Positions 24,890-36,305 of a stretch of DNA of 64,000 nt are shown here, piece after piece. The notes beneath the pieces are model-generated. The model saw nothing but the letters and a program-made list of their open reading frames with translations, was not told the origin of the DNA and ran no database searches. The position numbers and the translations under genes are program-made. Location of the stretch: NCBI RefSeq assembly GCF_036321535.1, contig NC_087436.1, positions 108,812,001-108,876,000 of the forward strand, given 5' to 3'. This DNA comes from Camelus dromedarius (Eukaryota). Each line of letters opens with the position of its first letter. Position 1 is the stretch's first letter.

Positions 24890-25110
24890 AAAAATAACAT
24901 GTATTGAGTACATATAGTGAAACAAGCTCTGTTCAACACACTTTAGAGGTAATTCTCTCAGCAGCCCTATTAAGTAAGCTTTTTAAATGAAGAAATTGAA
25001 GCACAGAATGGTTAAGTGACCTTCTCAAGGTCACACAGCTAGGAAGTTACAAGTTTGGAATATGAACCAACATATACTGGCTTCAGAATCCATGGTCTTA
25101 ACCACTGAGA
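24890..25110 (-). mobile_element. MIR SINE
   Basis: aatgaagaaattgaagcacagaatggttaagtgaccttctcaaggtcacacagctaggaagt...ggcttcagaatccatggtcttaaccact. Confidence 0.85.
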
Positions 25111-25359
25111 ATGACTGAAAAGAGAAAAAGGAGGAGGATTCAGCCTTGGGATGTGAGGAATTTTGACATTTAGAAGATCAGTAAAGGAAATGAGGCAGAG
25201 ACAGCAAAAAAGACCCTGAAAAGAAGCACAGAGATATGAGAATAAAGCCACAAGAATATGGGTCCACATAAGCCTAAAGACCATAATCCTCCAGGAAGTA
25301 GGAAATGTGTTGAATGATGCTAAACGGGCAAGTCAGAAAGCAAGATAAGGACAGAGGAG

Positions 25360-26010
25360 TGTCTGTTTCCATTAGGGCTCTTAGATGGTAAGCAACAGAA
25401 CCCTAGCCTGGCTAATGGGAGAATTAAAAAAAAGTCTTTGGAAGGATCTAGGGCAGCTCACAGAATTGAATAAAGGCCTCAGCATCCAAACCATGCTGGA
25501 AAGAAGCACCTGGTTAGGTCCAGGGACGCAGTTAGGAGTCGACACAGTATTCACTGAACAACAACTACGTCAGACACCACTCGTTCTCTGTGTTGTAGCC
25601 ATGTTGGGCTCCTTTCAGTTTCCTAAGCACAAGTTCTTTCCAGAGAAATGACCAGATGCTGACCCTGCAGGAGGGAATGTGGAGGTGGGACCTCAGCTTG
25701 GCTGGGAGAGTTTGGAGCTCAAAACATACCCTGCCTTGGGGCTGCCTTCTCCTCTCCTCCCCAATGTCTTGTCTACAAGTTACTTTTTTTTTTTTTACAT
25801 CATTGAAAAAAATAATTACTTGTGGCAAAGAGCTTCTGGCTCTTTCTGCTGTTACAGCCTTTTCGCGTATTGTTTCCTGGGACACACTTTCCCTACTATT
25901 TGGTATGTGTGGTTCCTCCTGATGCTTCCAATAACATCTCAAATCTTGCCTCCTTGATCACATGTCTGTGCATCACGTGGCTATGTAGGTCAGATTGCTA
26001 CTCCCAAATG
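25360..26010 (-). mobile_element. Possible very old MaLR LTR remnant (MLT1K/L-like)
   Basis: ggtaagcaacagaaccctagcctggctaat...tttggaaggatctagggcagctcacagaattga. The right boundary is poorly defined. Confidence 0.45.
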
Positions 26011-28799
26011 CACTCTACCACTGCACCTGGTTTATTCCTTTCTCAGCACTTACCATCATCTGTAATAATAAATTAACTCACTTGTTTTCTGAATACCTAT
26101 AGGATGGGATATTAATGAAGGCAGGGCCACTGATGGTTGGGTCACCAACTTATTCTAGTACCCAGTACTTTTCCTGGGAAAGCATAGGTTTTAAATAGGT
26201 ACTTGTTGCTTGAATAGATTAATATGTTCAAGACACCTCAGATAGCTCCCTCCTTAACCTTGAGCAGGGTTGTGGGCACTCTGCAAGTGGCCCTAGAGCT
26301 AAATCTCAGCCTCAAGGAATTCCTGGCTAATTCTTCCCTTTAGAACCCTCTTATCTCTGGCCTCCACTCCTAGGTTCTGAGCTCTGTTCTCCTCTTTCAG
26401 GTGAAATCTCTATGGAGATCTAGTTTCTGGATCCCCTTACAAGCTATCGTCCAGGTGTTCTTGGATCCCAGGGCCGGTAGCCCTGCCCAGGACACACCCT
26501 ACCTTCACCAAACACCTAGTTTAAGGGTGCTTCCCTGGCTCTATGTGCCTGCAATAAAATTTGGAACAAGGAGATGCAAAGATTAAGGAAGCCATTCTCT
26601 GTCTTCAAATACTTTACAAGTTAATTACAAAATAAATATCAAGTCTAAAAATTTGTCTGCAAAGTCCTAAGAAATAATTTTAAAACACCATTTGTGAGCG
26701 TGTTAACCTCAGTGTAAGTGAGGCTGGCAACTTTGAGAAAAGAGTTAATATTTGAGCCAATCTGAGGAAGTTAATCACCATATAAATTAATTTACATAAA
26801 TGACCAATTGACATGATACCAAATATCATGTTAGAGGAATGGGTAGAAATATAGCAGAGTTAATAGGTTATAGAAAACTTCAGGAATGTAAGGGCAAAGC
26901 TGGAGCATTGTCAGGGCACAAATATGACCCATAAAGCTTTTGAGAATCATCATTGAAATACCATAAAGGGAGAAGAGCGAGTCGTGCCACCAAGTGAGGT
27001 GTGTTATTAATATGTTAATAAAGCTTGATGGACAGTGTGCATTAAACATTACCTTAAAATGCTTTCACATGCGTTAGGTCATGTCATTTCAAAGCCACAT
27101 CAAGAGAAATATTAACATTTTCTGAAATGAGGAAACAAGGGGCAGCACATTTGTAAGAATGACCCAGAATCACAAGCTATTTGGTGACAGAACCAGGACT
27201 CAGACATAGTTTTGAATTTTTGTCAGTGTCATTTTGTCATAGCAGCAGCTACTCACCATGCAGAAAACTTTAAACAATATAATCTATAAATAATAAAAGA
27301 AAGTGTGCCTTAAAAAAAACCCACTGAGCAACATGGCAAGACCATTTTACTAGAATAGATAATGCTGCTCTGGAAAATTAACTCATTGTCCTCTGAACCC
27401 CTTCCTTCTATTGTTCAAAGATCCTTGATTGAAAAACAGAAATGTATAGAGTGAGCTAAAACATCACCAACAAATCATTCAAACTAAGGGACTTTACTTT
27501 TTAAGCACACAAATAGGTCAACAAGGAAATAAGCAAAACCATTTTTTTCCAGTGTGAATTTTAAACCCCTGTAGGGGTAAGCCTATGTGCAAACAAATTT
27601 CTATTTTCATTTTTAATGTATCACCTATTAGTCTTCACAAAATTCTGAAGGAATATACATGTTTCTTATGCAAATGTATAATATGTATAATATGACCAAT
27701 ATAATATATATTATAGGTTCCATGTTAAGGAAAAGAGAAAACTTATTTTTTCAAAAATATCGGCCAAAAGAGGTACTGCTTTTTGGCATCACATTTAGTT
27801 CTTAACTTCTCAGACGCAAAGTATTCAGCAATTTTTTTCACAGTAGCTTTGCATAAATGGGCAATGACGCTTTCTCCTATTTTGGTTTTTTTTTTTTTTA
27901 GGACCTCTCAGCATAGTTCCTGGTTATATCACTTCAACTTTCTGCAGTTATCTAGGTATTTAGTTTTCCATAGCTTTCTAAAGAGTAGGCCCTTTCTTGT
28001 CCCAAAACAGTGATCATAAAGAATATTTGTTGAAATATCCAGAGAAAGGAAGAACATAAAACATTCCAGGCAGTAATTTAGTGCCCTGTCACCAAGAAAG
28101 TAAATAGCACTAGCTCCTACAGTTAAAAACCATTTTGGGTCATTTTACCAAAAATGTGGTCCAATACAGAGCTCTTCATGGGGAAAAAAAAACTCACTAA
28201 ACATTATTTGAAATAAACAAATTGCAGGAAAAGATGTGATTAGTCTCTTTGTGGTTCACTCTTACAGCTTGTGGTCTGTAATTATTTTAGGTCCCCCTAT
28301 TGTTGCCCATGGTGATGAGAAGTAGGGTGAGCAATACAGTTTTTCATGGAACTAATAGTAGATTAAACACATTTTAATCCACCATACATAACTGAGCAAT
28401 TTACTGCTTGTCAGCAGCGGAATCAAGGCAGCATGTAATCTGTGCAGTGAAGCGAATGCTAATAATGCCGACGTGGTTTCTCCTGGAGCGCCACGTGAAG
28501 CCCCATATTACTTCCTTAATGGAAGGCAAGCCTGTTGCTGATCACACTTTGTATTACCATGAATAAGTGCTACTGATTTATTAGATAGATTACATTTATT
28601 GAAAACAGAATGGGAGCATGCAGTTCATTGCCAGATTTTCCTAATTAAATAGAGTTTTATGTGAGTAGAATATTCTTCAGCTGATCATAGCGCGCTCTGC
28701 TAGAGTTGGATGAAGGTGGTGTTGAAGTGTGGCCTCTCAGGCAGCGTCCTGCACTGCCCTCTTCTGAGCATCACTATACTGGAGATGGGGGGAGGATGT

Positions 28800-29320
28800 G
28801 TGTTTCAGTGCATAGGTGAAGGACTGAGAGCCATCTCATCCTGGATTCCAATCCCAGCTGTGACACTTACTAGGTAATTTACCTCCCCGAACTTCATCTT
28901 TCTTATTTGTCAATGGGGATAATGTTATCTGCTCACAATATTGGGGAGAGGTCTAAAAGAAAGCATGTGTAATGGAGGTGTTAACGTGGTAGGTACTGAC
29001 ACTGAGTTCCTGAGCCCTTCTACCCAAAAGGTCCAATGCAAACAAAAATGTCCCATGTCGACACTTTGGATTTTGTGGTGAAGGTAAATTATATAGTCAG
29101 AGCTCTGTCAATACACCTTTGAGAACAATTAATCCCACTTTCTCCAAATTTTGCAGAGACAAACACTGAAGACTTGACCTAGGTGATGGTTGGTTGTACC
29201 AAAGTCAAATAATCAGTGAAATAGCCAATGAAATAATGAAATCTCTGCCTTCTTTGCCTTCAGACCTTGTCTTCTGCCTCTCAAGTCAAGGTTCTTTCTA
29301 CTACACCAAACTGCCTGTGG
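28800..29320. mobile_element. Two MIR fragments in opposite orientation
   Basis: + strand: cctggattccaatcccagctgtgacacttactagg...tgtcaatggggataat. - strand: ccaaattttgcagagacaaacactgaagac...accaaagtcaaata. Confidence 0.55.
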
Positions 29321-29919
29321 AATTTTAAGTCACTTTGTCCATACCACATACCAAATCATGAAATCCTCAATCAACAATTCACACATATTAAGTTTCTGCA
29401 GAAAATGGAACTGCTCTAAACTCCTGAAAAGTGAATAGTAAGGAAATAGATGTGACTTTTGCCCTCGGGCAGTAAAAGGACACTGTAACTTGTTATTTAT
29501 TTTTCTACCTTTTTACTACAGAGCCTGGACCATCTATTGCGTGTATGGCATTTTTTGGAGCAGAATGATCATAACATCAAGAGCTTTAGGATCTTCCTAA
29601 GGTTATACAGCTAATTAGTAGCTGAGACAAAATTATTACAGACACATTTGAGTTTCCATCTCAAAAATCCCAGCCTAATATCCCAGTAAGAACACAAAAA
29701 ATTTCTTTTAAAAAAACAAGGAGATTGAAAATAAATTTTAAAAAAAATCTTGGCCCTGAACAAAGGGAATTTTCAGCTCTTTTGTATCACAACCAGGTAG
29801 AACCAGAATTTATAATTCTAATTTGATCTAGCAAGCCTGCCCTAGGGTGAGCAGTTGATATTTGTCATACTGGTGCCATGTGAAATTCCAGATTCCATGC
29901 AGAGGGGTTTATAAGATAG

Positions 29920-30060
29920 AGAAGCAGCCTAGTGTAAAGGTGTAGAATATAGATTCTGGGGTCAGACTGCCTGGGTTCACATCTTGACTCTACTACACAC
30001 TTACTCGTGAACTTTAAGATGTCACTTAGCCTCTCTGTATCTCAGTCCCTGTTCAAAGGT
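29920..30060 (+). mobile_element. MIR 5' part
   Basis: gattctggggtcagactgcctgggttcacatcttgactctac...cacttagcctctctgtatctcagt. Confidence 0.85.
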
Positions 30061-30122
30061 GACTGTGACCTATTTGTTTAAGCAATCAGGAGAATAAATT
30101 GGCATTTTTAAAAAATTGAAGG

Positions 30123-30172
30123 AGGACCACCTTTGGAGAGGAAGATCAGGACCACCTTTGGACAGGAAGATT
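30123..30172 (+). repeat. 25-bp tandem duplication (2 copies, 23/25 identical)
   Basis: aggaccacctttggagaggaagatc / aggaccacctttggacaggaagatt. Confidence 0.95.
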
Positions 30173-32151
30173 CCCCACCTTGTGTGGGGATTTAGGATGC
30201 CTTGTAGCCATCCAGGGACTTAGGGAAGAGGCAGTAGCGTATTATGTGTCTGGAGTTCAGGGAGAGAGGGCTAGGCTGGGAAATAAGTATCAGTGACCTC
30301 AAAATCTAAATCATATTTATCTCCATGAGGCTAGATGAGATCATCACGGGAACATGCACTGGATAGGTCAGATTTATGTTTTAGAAATATCACCCTGACA
30401 GAGCAGAGAAAGAAGAATGAGAAACAGAAGCTGTTAGACCAGCCTGAAACCTACTGCAGTAGTTCAAGCTTGAGACTCGCAAGGACGATAAACAGAGGCA
30501 ATACCATGGCAATAACAAAAGTGAATTGTGATGCGCTGTTATTGTAATGAGAAATGAGTATGGTAGCAGTCACAATAAAAATACAGCAAAACGTGTGGCA
30601 AGGGCCAGGCCCCTCCCCTTGTTTCTGTGATCTAAAGGCAAAGAAGACAGAGCTTAGTTTGTGTCTCGGAATTTGTGCCACTGGCCCAATGCATGAAGAC
30701 TCAACTCTCACCTTTAACTCAGAAAAGATAAATTTCACAATGCTTTGAAGATGAACTCTCACACATTTTAAAAATACTTACTCTAATCTCGTCTTGATTT
30801 TTGCCTTCTCTCTACCCCTGTCCTCACCAGCACAACCAACCTAGAGACAATAACAAGAGACAGTCAGGGAGGGTTCTAATATCTATTTTCTTTGGGATAT
30901 TGTCTCCTTCCCAGCAAGTCTGGTAATTAAAAAAACCCATTTCTCTTATTTCTCAACTCTCTCCAAGTGCCTAATTATAATTCTTTATTCCTCGTATGCA
31001 GCATTCGTACATCACAAATCTATCTGTGTGGGGAGGTAGGTGAAGGGGTGGGTGTGTTTGTGGGTGTGTATTAAAGGTGCCTAAGAAAATAAAGAATCAA
31101 GTAGAGGAAGCGGGAGCACATATTGCTTAGAAAACAAAAGAGATAAAAAGAGAACAAGTGATTCGTCTCTGGGAAATGTGCTGGAGCTTCTATTAGGATG
31201 CAGAGAAACGGGTAAACTGGACAGTTCCAAGTCTTCTACCCTTTGATGTAGAAGGTCCTGATTTTACTAGAATATTGGGCCTCTGTACATTACTTAATGT
31301 TAATCCCTACAATAATATGGCTCTTCTCACAGAATTACTTAAACTGACACCATTGGACTTTCTGTAGATTTTAAAGTTTCAGATTCATGTATTTTCCAAG
31401 AGACATGCAGAATGTTATAAGGGCAGGGGGAAATTGTAGTTTCCAATTCTCTCTGTTTCACAAATTACGTAAGGTAAATCCAGAGAGAAACAAATATGCT
31501 CAGTCAGCTCTGCTTGTATCTTACATGCCTCAACTATACCAGAGGCCAGTGGTGGTAGCAGGTTATTTTATTACTGTAATATGAACAGCAGTCCCACAAG
31601 CTAGGTGGGTTTTTTAAAAATTATTTCGCATGTCCAATTTAGTTCCATCAAGAGATGTAGATGTCTGGGTGTTGTGTGTGAATTCCAAACAGAAGGGCAT
31701 GCCTACAGCATGAAATTGGTCACAGAGTTGGCACTGCTTTACTCTATATGTGGCAATGGCCTTATGTAAAGGGTGATTCTATTTGTATTTTACAAAGTTC
31801 TGATTAATGACTGATAGATAGATCATCACACTGTCTACCAGTCCTGTGACTTATTCTTAGTCAACCCCTGTTAGCTTTGGTATTTGTTTTAGTTAGCTAT
31901 AGCTGCATAACAAACTGCCCTAAAATTTAGTGGTTAAAACCACAAGGAAGCATAGAGTTTAAGATTACGATGCTCTAGATTGAGACTTTGGATTCTCACC
32001 ATTCTTAAAACTGGGTAGGGCTCAGGTATGAAGTTCTTCCTTGTACATAGCGTCTAGACTCCAAGATAGCTTCTTGACTCACAAATTGATTCTCCAGCAG
32101 GGAAGGTTGGAACAAATGAGGACTGGTTGAGAATCTCTCTCCCTCCCAAGA

Positions 32152-32901
32152 TCTATGTGTTGAATTGGTTCACCACACCTACCCCACCACAAAATTTATA
32201 TATTGAAGTTCCAACATGCAGTATCTCAGAATGTGATCCTATTCATACATAAGGTATTTTTTTTAACTGAAGTACAGTTAGTTATAATGTGTCGATTTCA
32301 GGTGTACAGCATAGTGTCCCAGTCATGCATATGCATACATATAGTTGTTTTCATATTCTTTTTCATTAAAAGTTACTACAAGATATTGACTATATTTCCC
32401 TGTACTATACAGAGGAAATTTGTTTTTTTTTTATCTATTTTTATATATAGTGATTAACATTTGCAAATCTCAAACTCCCAGATTTATCCCTTCCCACCCC
32501 CTTCCCTGGTAACCATAAGATTGTTAATTATGTCTGTTTCTGTTTTGTAGATGAGTTCATTAGTGTCTTTAAAGAGGCGATTAGGTTAAATGAGGGCATT
32601 AGGATGGAGCCGTAATCCAATATAATTAATGTCCTTATAAGAAGAGGAAGAGGAAGAGACAACAGGGGTGCACATGCACAGGAAAATAGCCATGTGCAAA
32701 GGCAGCAAGAGGGCAGCTATCTGCAAGTCAAGGAGAGATAGCTGATGGCTATCAGGTAGAGATGGCTTCAGAGGAAACCACCCTGTGAGCACCTTGAACC
32801 TGGACCCCTAGCTGCCAGAATTGTGAGAAAATAAATTTCTCTTGCTTCAATCACCCAGTTGGTATTTTATTATTGCAGATCGGATCTAACAAAGTAATAC
32901 A
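32152..32901 (+). mobile_element. MLT1B-like LTR, split by an L1 3' end
   Basis: ctatgtgttgaattg...aaatttatatattgaag...tcagaatgtga...aaggt, then L1, then tttaaagaggcgattaggttaaatgagg...gtccttataagaagagga...ccagaattgtgagaaaataaatttc...taataca. Confidence 0.85.
32257..32566 (-). mobile_element. 5'-truncated lineage-type L1 3'UTR
   Basis: ttttttaactgaagtacagt...tttcaggtgtacagcatagtg...tttccctgtactatacag...ggtaaccataag...tctgttttgtagatgagttcattagtgtc. Confidence 0.85.
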
Positions 32902-33329
32902 GCCAGTTTGGGTTTTCTCACAATATGATAATTTCAGAGCTGTTGAACCTCTTACATGGTAGCTGGCTTCCAAGAGAGGACACAGAATCTACCAGTGCTT
33001 GTAAAAGCTAAATCAATAGTTGGCATAACATCATTTCTGTTGTGTCCTGTTGACCAAAACAAGTCATACGGTCTTCCCAAATTCCAGAGAATGGGAAATA
33101 ATTTCTACTTCTTGCTGTGTGGAGTAGCACGTGCTCACAGGAAGAGGAGAAACTGATGGTGGCCATCGATGGAGATCTACCACAGCCTCTACCAACATTT
33201 CCCACTTCTCTTCAGCCCCTCATCTAAACATCTCCACTGTTTGACTTTAGATTCTGTTTGTTGCTTCAGTTAGAACATTGACACCATCCGGTGTTAAAAC
33301 TCATAGTTTTCTACCCCCCTACTAAAGCT

Positions 33330-34560
33330 GCACAGTACTATCCTTTATTTCTCTGGTTCCTTTCCTCCAGGCTCTGATAGGAAAGAATTTTCTTCCTGTT
33401 CAAAGTTAATTCATATACCTGGGCCCTAAGCATTCATTCCAAGACATTTTCCTGCAGTCACCACTTTCTCTTTTGACTCTGAAACTGCCCACTCTCTGTC
33501 AACTTCTTCTTTTTAGGCAAATAGCCTTCCTGATCCCAAAGTATCTCCCCCCATGGTCCAGAGTTTTCCAAAGTGGGCCCGACCACGCTGTCACTCTTTT
33601 CCTCTTCTCATCAGAAGCTCTGGGGGTTGGATTTACTCTCCCTGTCTTCACATCATTACCTATGGGTAGTTTCTCAGCACTCTACGATGTGGCTTCTATC
33701 CCTAACATCGCACTGAAACTACCCTGAATAAAATACTTTTTAAATAGCTTGCTATTTTAAAAATATAATGGAAGCATTTCATTATTTATCTTATTGGACA
33801 TGTCACATGATAGAAGAGAGATTCTCCCCCACCCCCTTGAAAATATTTTCTACTCTCTTGATTTTTCTTGTGTTCTTTCTGTCTAATCCAGAATTCTTTC
33901 ATCTTCAAGGATTTCTTTCTCCTACACACATCTTTTAAACACTGTTTTTCCTTGGGGTTTTGTCCTTGACCAATTGTTCTTTTTAATTTGCATTCTCCTA
34001 AGAGGAGCACATCCATGTTCATAGAACCATTACCACCTATGTCAGTAAATCTCAAATCCATACCTCCAGCCCATGTCTCACTTAAGCTGTCCCATTATCT
34101 GCTTGGCACGTCTACCTAACTCTGGCATAGACCCTCTGAATTCAATATATTCAAAACTAAATATACCATTTTTCATAACAACCCAAAGCTGCATTTTCTC
34201 CTGCATTTTATATTTTTTAGGTCCATGTTTATCCATGCAATTACTCAGCCTAGAAATCTGGGATCATCTTTGCCCCTTTGTTTTCCTTAATGACCCTTAT
34301 CCAATCAGCCATCAGGTTTTGTCAATTTTTTCCTCGAATTTATCCCCTTCTCTTCAGTTTGGTCCTGTATATCATAGCTCAAGTCTGTATCATCTGTCTT
34401 ATGAAGTAGTCAAAAATGTTCTAATCAGTCTACAGGCTTCTATCTTCTACTCAGAATTTAGTCTCCATCCCAACACCAGATCTTACAAGTAAAAAACCAA
34501 CAAAGGTAATTCATTGCTGAAATGAATGCTTTCCTGACTCTGTTTTCTGTCAGTGAGACC
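33330..34560 (+). mobile_element. L2 ORF2-region remnant
   Basis: ggcttctatccc...cactgaaact; attaccacctatgtcagtaaatctcaaatccatacctccagccc; ccttatccaatcagccatcaggttttgtcaattt. Confidence 0.65.
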
Positions 34561-35199
34561 AAATTTCTCAAGTTCTTGAGTCAAGGCATTCTGTCTGCTT
34601 CTGAAGTTTACCCTGAGGAATGAGATAAGATACTAATGAAAGTCTGAGTCCAACACACAGTTACAAGGAAAATATTCTTTAGTTCATGTTCTTATATTTT
34701 GCTTTAAGACAAATTGAAATTCTCAGAGCATATGAAATGCAGAAGTCAAATATTTCAAATACAGGCTCTAACCAAGTGAAAGCTAATGATATATTTAATT
34801 AAGTGTCAGTAATTCTTGAGAACTGGATGATCTGTGGTTATACATCACTTTTATCTGCATTGGTAGTAGTAAGAAGAAAAAAAACAATTATGAAAGCCAG
34901 TAACACGTGACAAGGCTCCTTATTCTGGAATGCTCTACCTCCAAAGTCATCACACCATGCCACGACAAGACCTCAAAAGGACTGCAAAAAATTAAACTAT
35001 TATCGTATCCCATTTTCACTTTCTATGCAAATTTGCAATTCTACACCAGGCTAATTTTTGTGCTTTCTTAGTCTGAATTTCATTTCAAGCAAATTAAATT
35101 TGCTTCAGGATGCCGTTTTACAACAAGAAAAGTAGCTAATTTTGCCCACTGTGAAGATTAGGAAAAAGTATATATACTTTTCAGTTTCCACATATCTCT

Positions 35200-35490
35200 T
35201 GCATAACCTTTTCTTTGTGCCCAGCACTGTTTTAAGCACTTTGCATTAACTGTACAATAATGTTGTACAATAATGTTCAACAATAATGTGTCTTATAATA
35301 AATACAAAGTGTCTTTTTATTAATAGGCACAACACAACCGTGAAATACATATCATTATTATCTCAATGTTACAGATGAGGAAACTCCAGCACAGAGATTG
35401 TGGGGTTACCTAAGAACATCGTTAAGAAGTGCCAGAGCTAGATTCATGCTTAAGCAGTCAGCCTAGGATATGTGCTCTTAACCACCATCT
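35200..35490 (-). mobile_element. MIR SINE with an internal 13-bp triplication
   Basis: tgtgcccagcactgttttaagcactttgca...attattatctcaatgttacagatgaggaaact. Repeat tgtacaataatgt at 35251-35289. Confidence 0.8.
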
Positions 35491-35499
35491 GTGTTTTCT

Positions 35500-36100
35500 G
35501 TGCTCTCAAATTTTTATTTGCTTTCCACTGCCACTCCCCCTGCTCAACCTTAAGGATTTAACTTTGCAATATCTTAATTAACTTCCTTATTTCTAGTCTC
35601 ACCTTCAGCAATCCATCCACTATGCTTTTGTTAAAGTAATTTTTATAGATAACAAATCTATTGATGCTAATTCTGCTTAAGGCCTTCAATGACTCTCTAG
35701 TCTTTTATTTACATAGAATTTAAATCCCTTTGCATGGCATTCAAAGTCCTTCAAGATTTGACCTTTTCCTGTATTTCCACTCTCATTCCCTGTCGCTCTC
35801 TGCCTCATATTTTATGCTCTAGTCCTACAGAACTAGACATCCTTCTCAGAGCGTGAGACATGTTCTCTTACCAACTTTGTAATTTGATTCTTTTAACTCA
35901 GGCACTCCATTGATTACTCCAAGTCTCAGATGCTGGTGAAGTCTCCTCTGTCCTCCCCCAACCTCCCAGACCATCCTGGCACCTCTCTTATGACACGGTT
36001 ACACTGTGTAGACGGTTTATGTGTCCATTTCTTTTCCATATGTGAGGGCAGGTGCTGTGTCCCCTCATCTTTGAGTCTTCAGTCCTCAATGAATTTAAAG
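35500..36100 (+). mobile_element. L2 3' region
   Basis: aaatccctttgcatggcattcaaagtccttcaagatttgacc...tgagggcaggtgctgtgtcccctcatctttg. Confidence 0.65.
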
Positions 36101-36109
36101 TGATAAGGA

Positions 36110-36305
36110 AATAGATCAGCGTAGTGTAGTCTGAGTGCCAGCTTTGTCAGTTTCTGTGTAACGTTGTTGCCTCAACTGTAAAATGAGATAATGATAGAGC
36201 CCAGAGGTATCATAAATTCTTTGTGAGGATTAAATGAGACAGTAGATACATAAGGATTAGCCAGTTACCTGACACGTGGTAAATATCCAAAAATAATAGA
36301 CTGTT
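36110..36305 (+). mobile_element. MIR 3' part
   Basis: cctcaactgtaaaatgagataatgatag...ttgtgaggattaaatgaga...cctgacacgtggtaaat. Confidence 0.8.

Larger units (their letters stand above)
23190..25360 (-). mobile_element. Fragmented L2, interrupted by MLT2, an L1 3' end and a MIR
   Basis: Reversed L2 motifs: atgccaggaactttgcta; ccaaatttgatgatggattg...gatgattccaagttttctgacttaagcaaat; agggtcatcagcatataagtggta. Confidence 0.6.
31887..33184 (-). mobile_element. Old MaLR LTR (MLT1H-like), split by nested insertions
   Basis: Left piece ttagttagctatagctgcataacaaactgccctaaaatttagtggttaaaac. Right piece cttacatggtagctggcttcc...aacaagtca...gatggtggccatc...ctaccaca. Confidence 0.72.

Noticed and set aside
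28457..28469. tgctaataatgcc resembling the tRNA-Ile(AAT) anticodon arm
   Set aside because: Only about 13 nt match, with no A box, B box or cloverleaf around it.
30123..30180. CRISPR-like direct repeats
   Set aside because: Two abutting copies, no spacers, in a mammalian intron.
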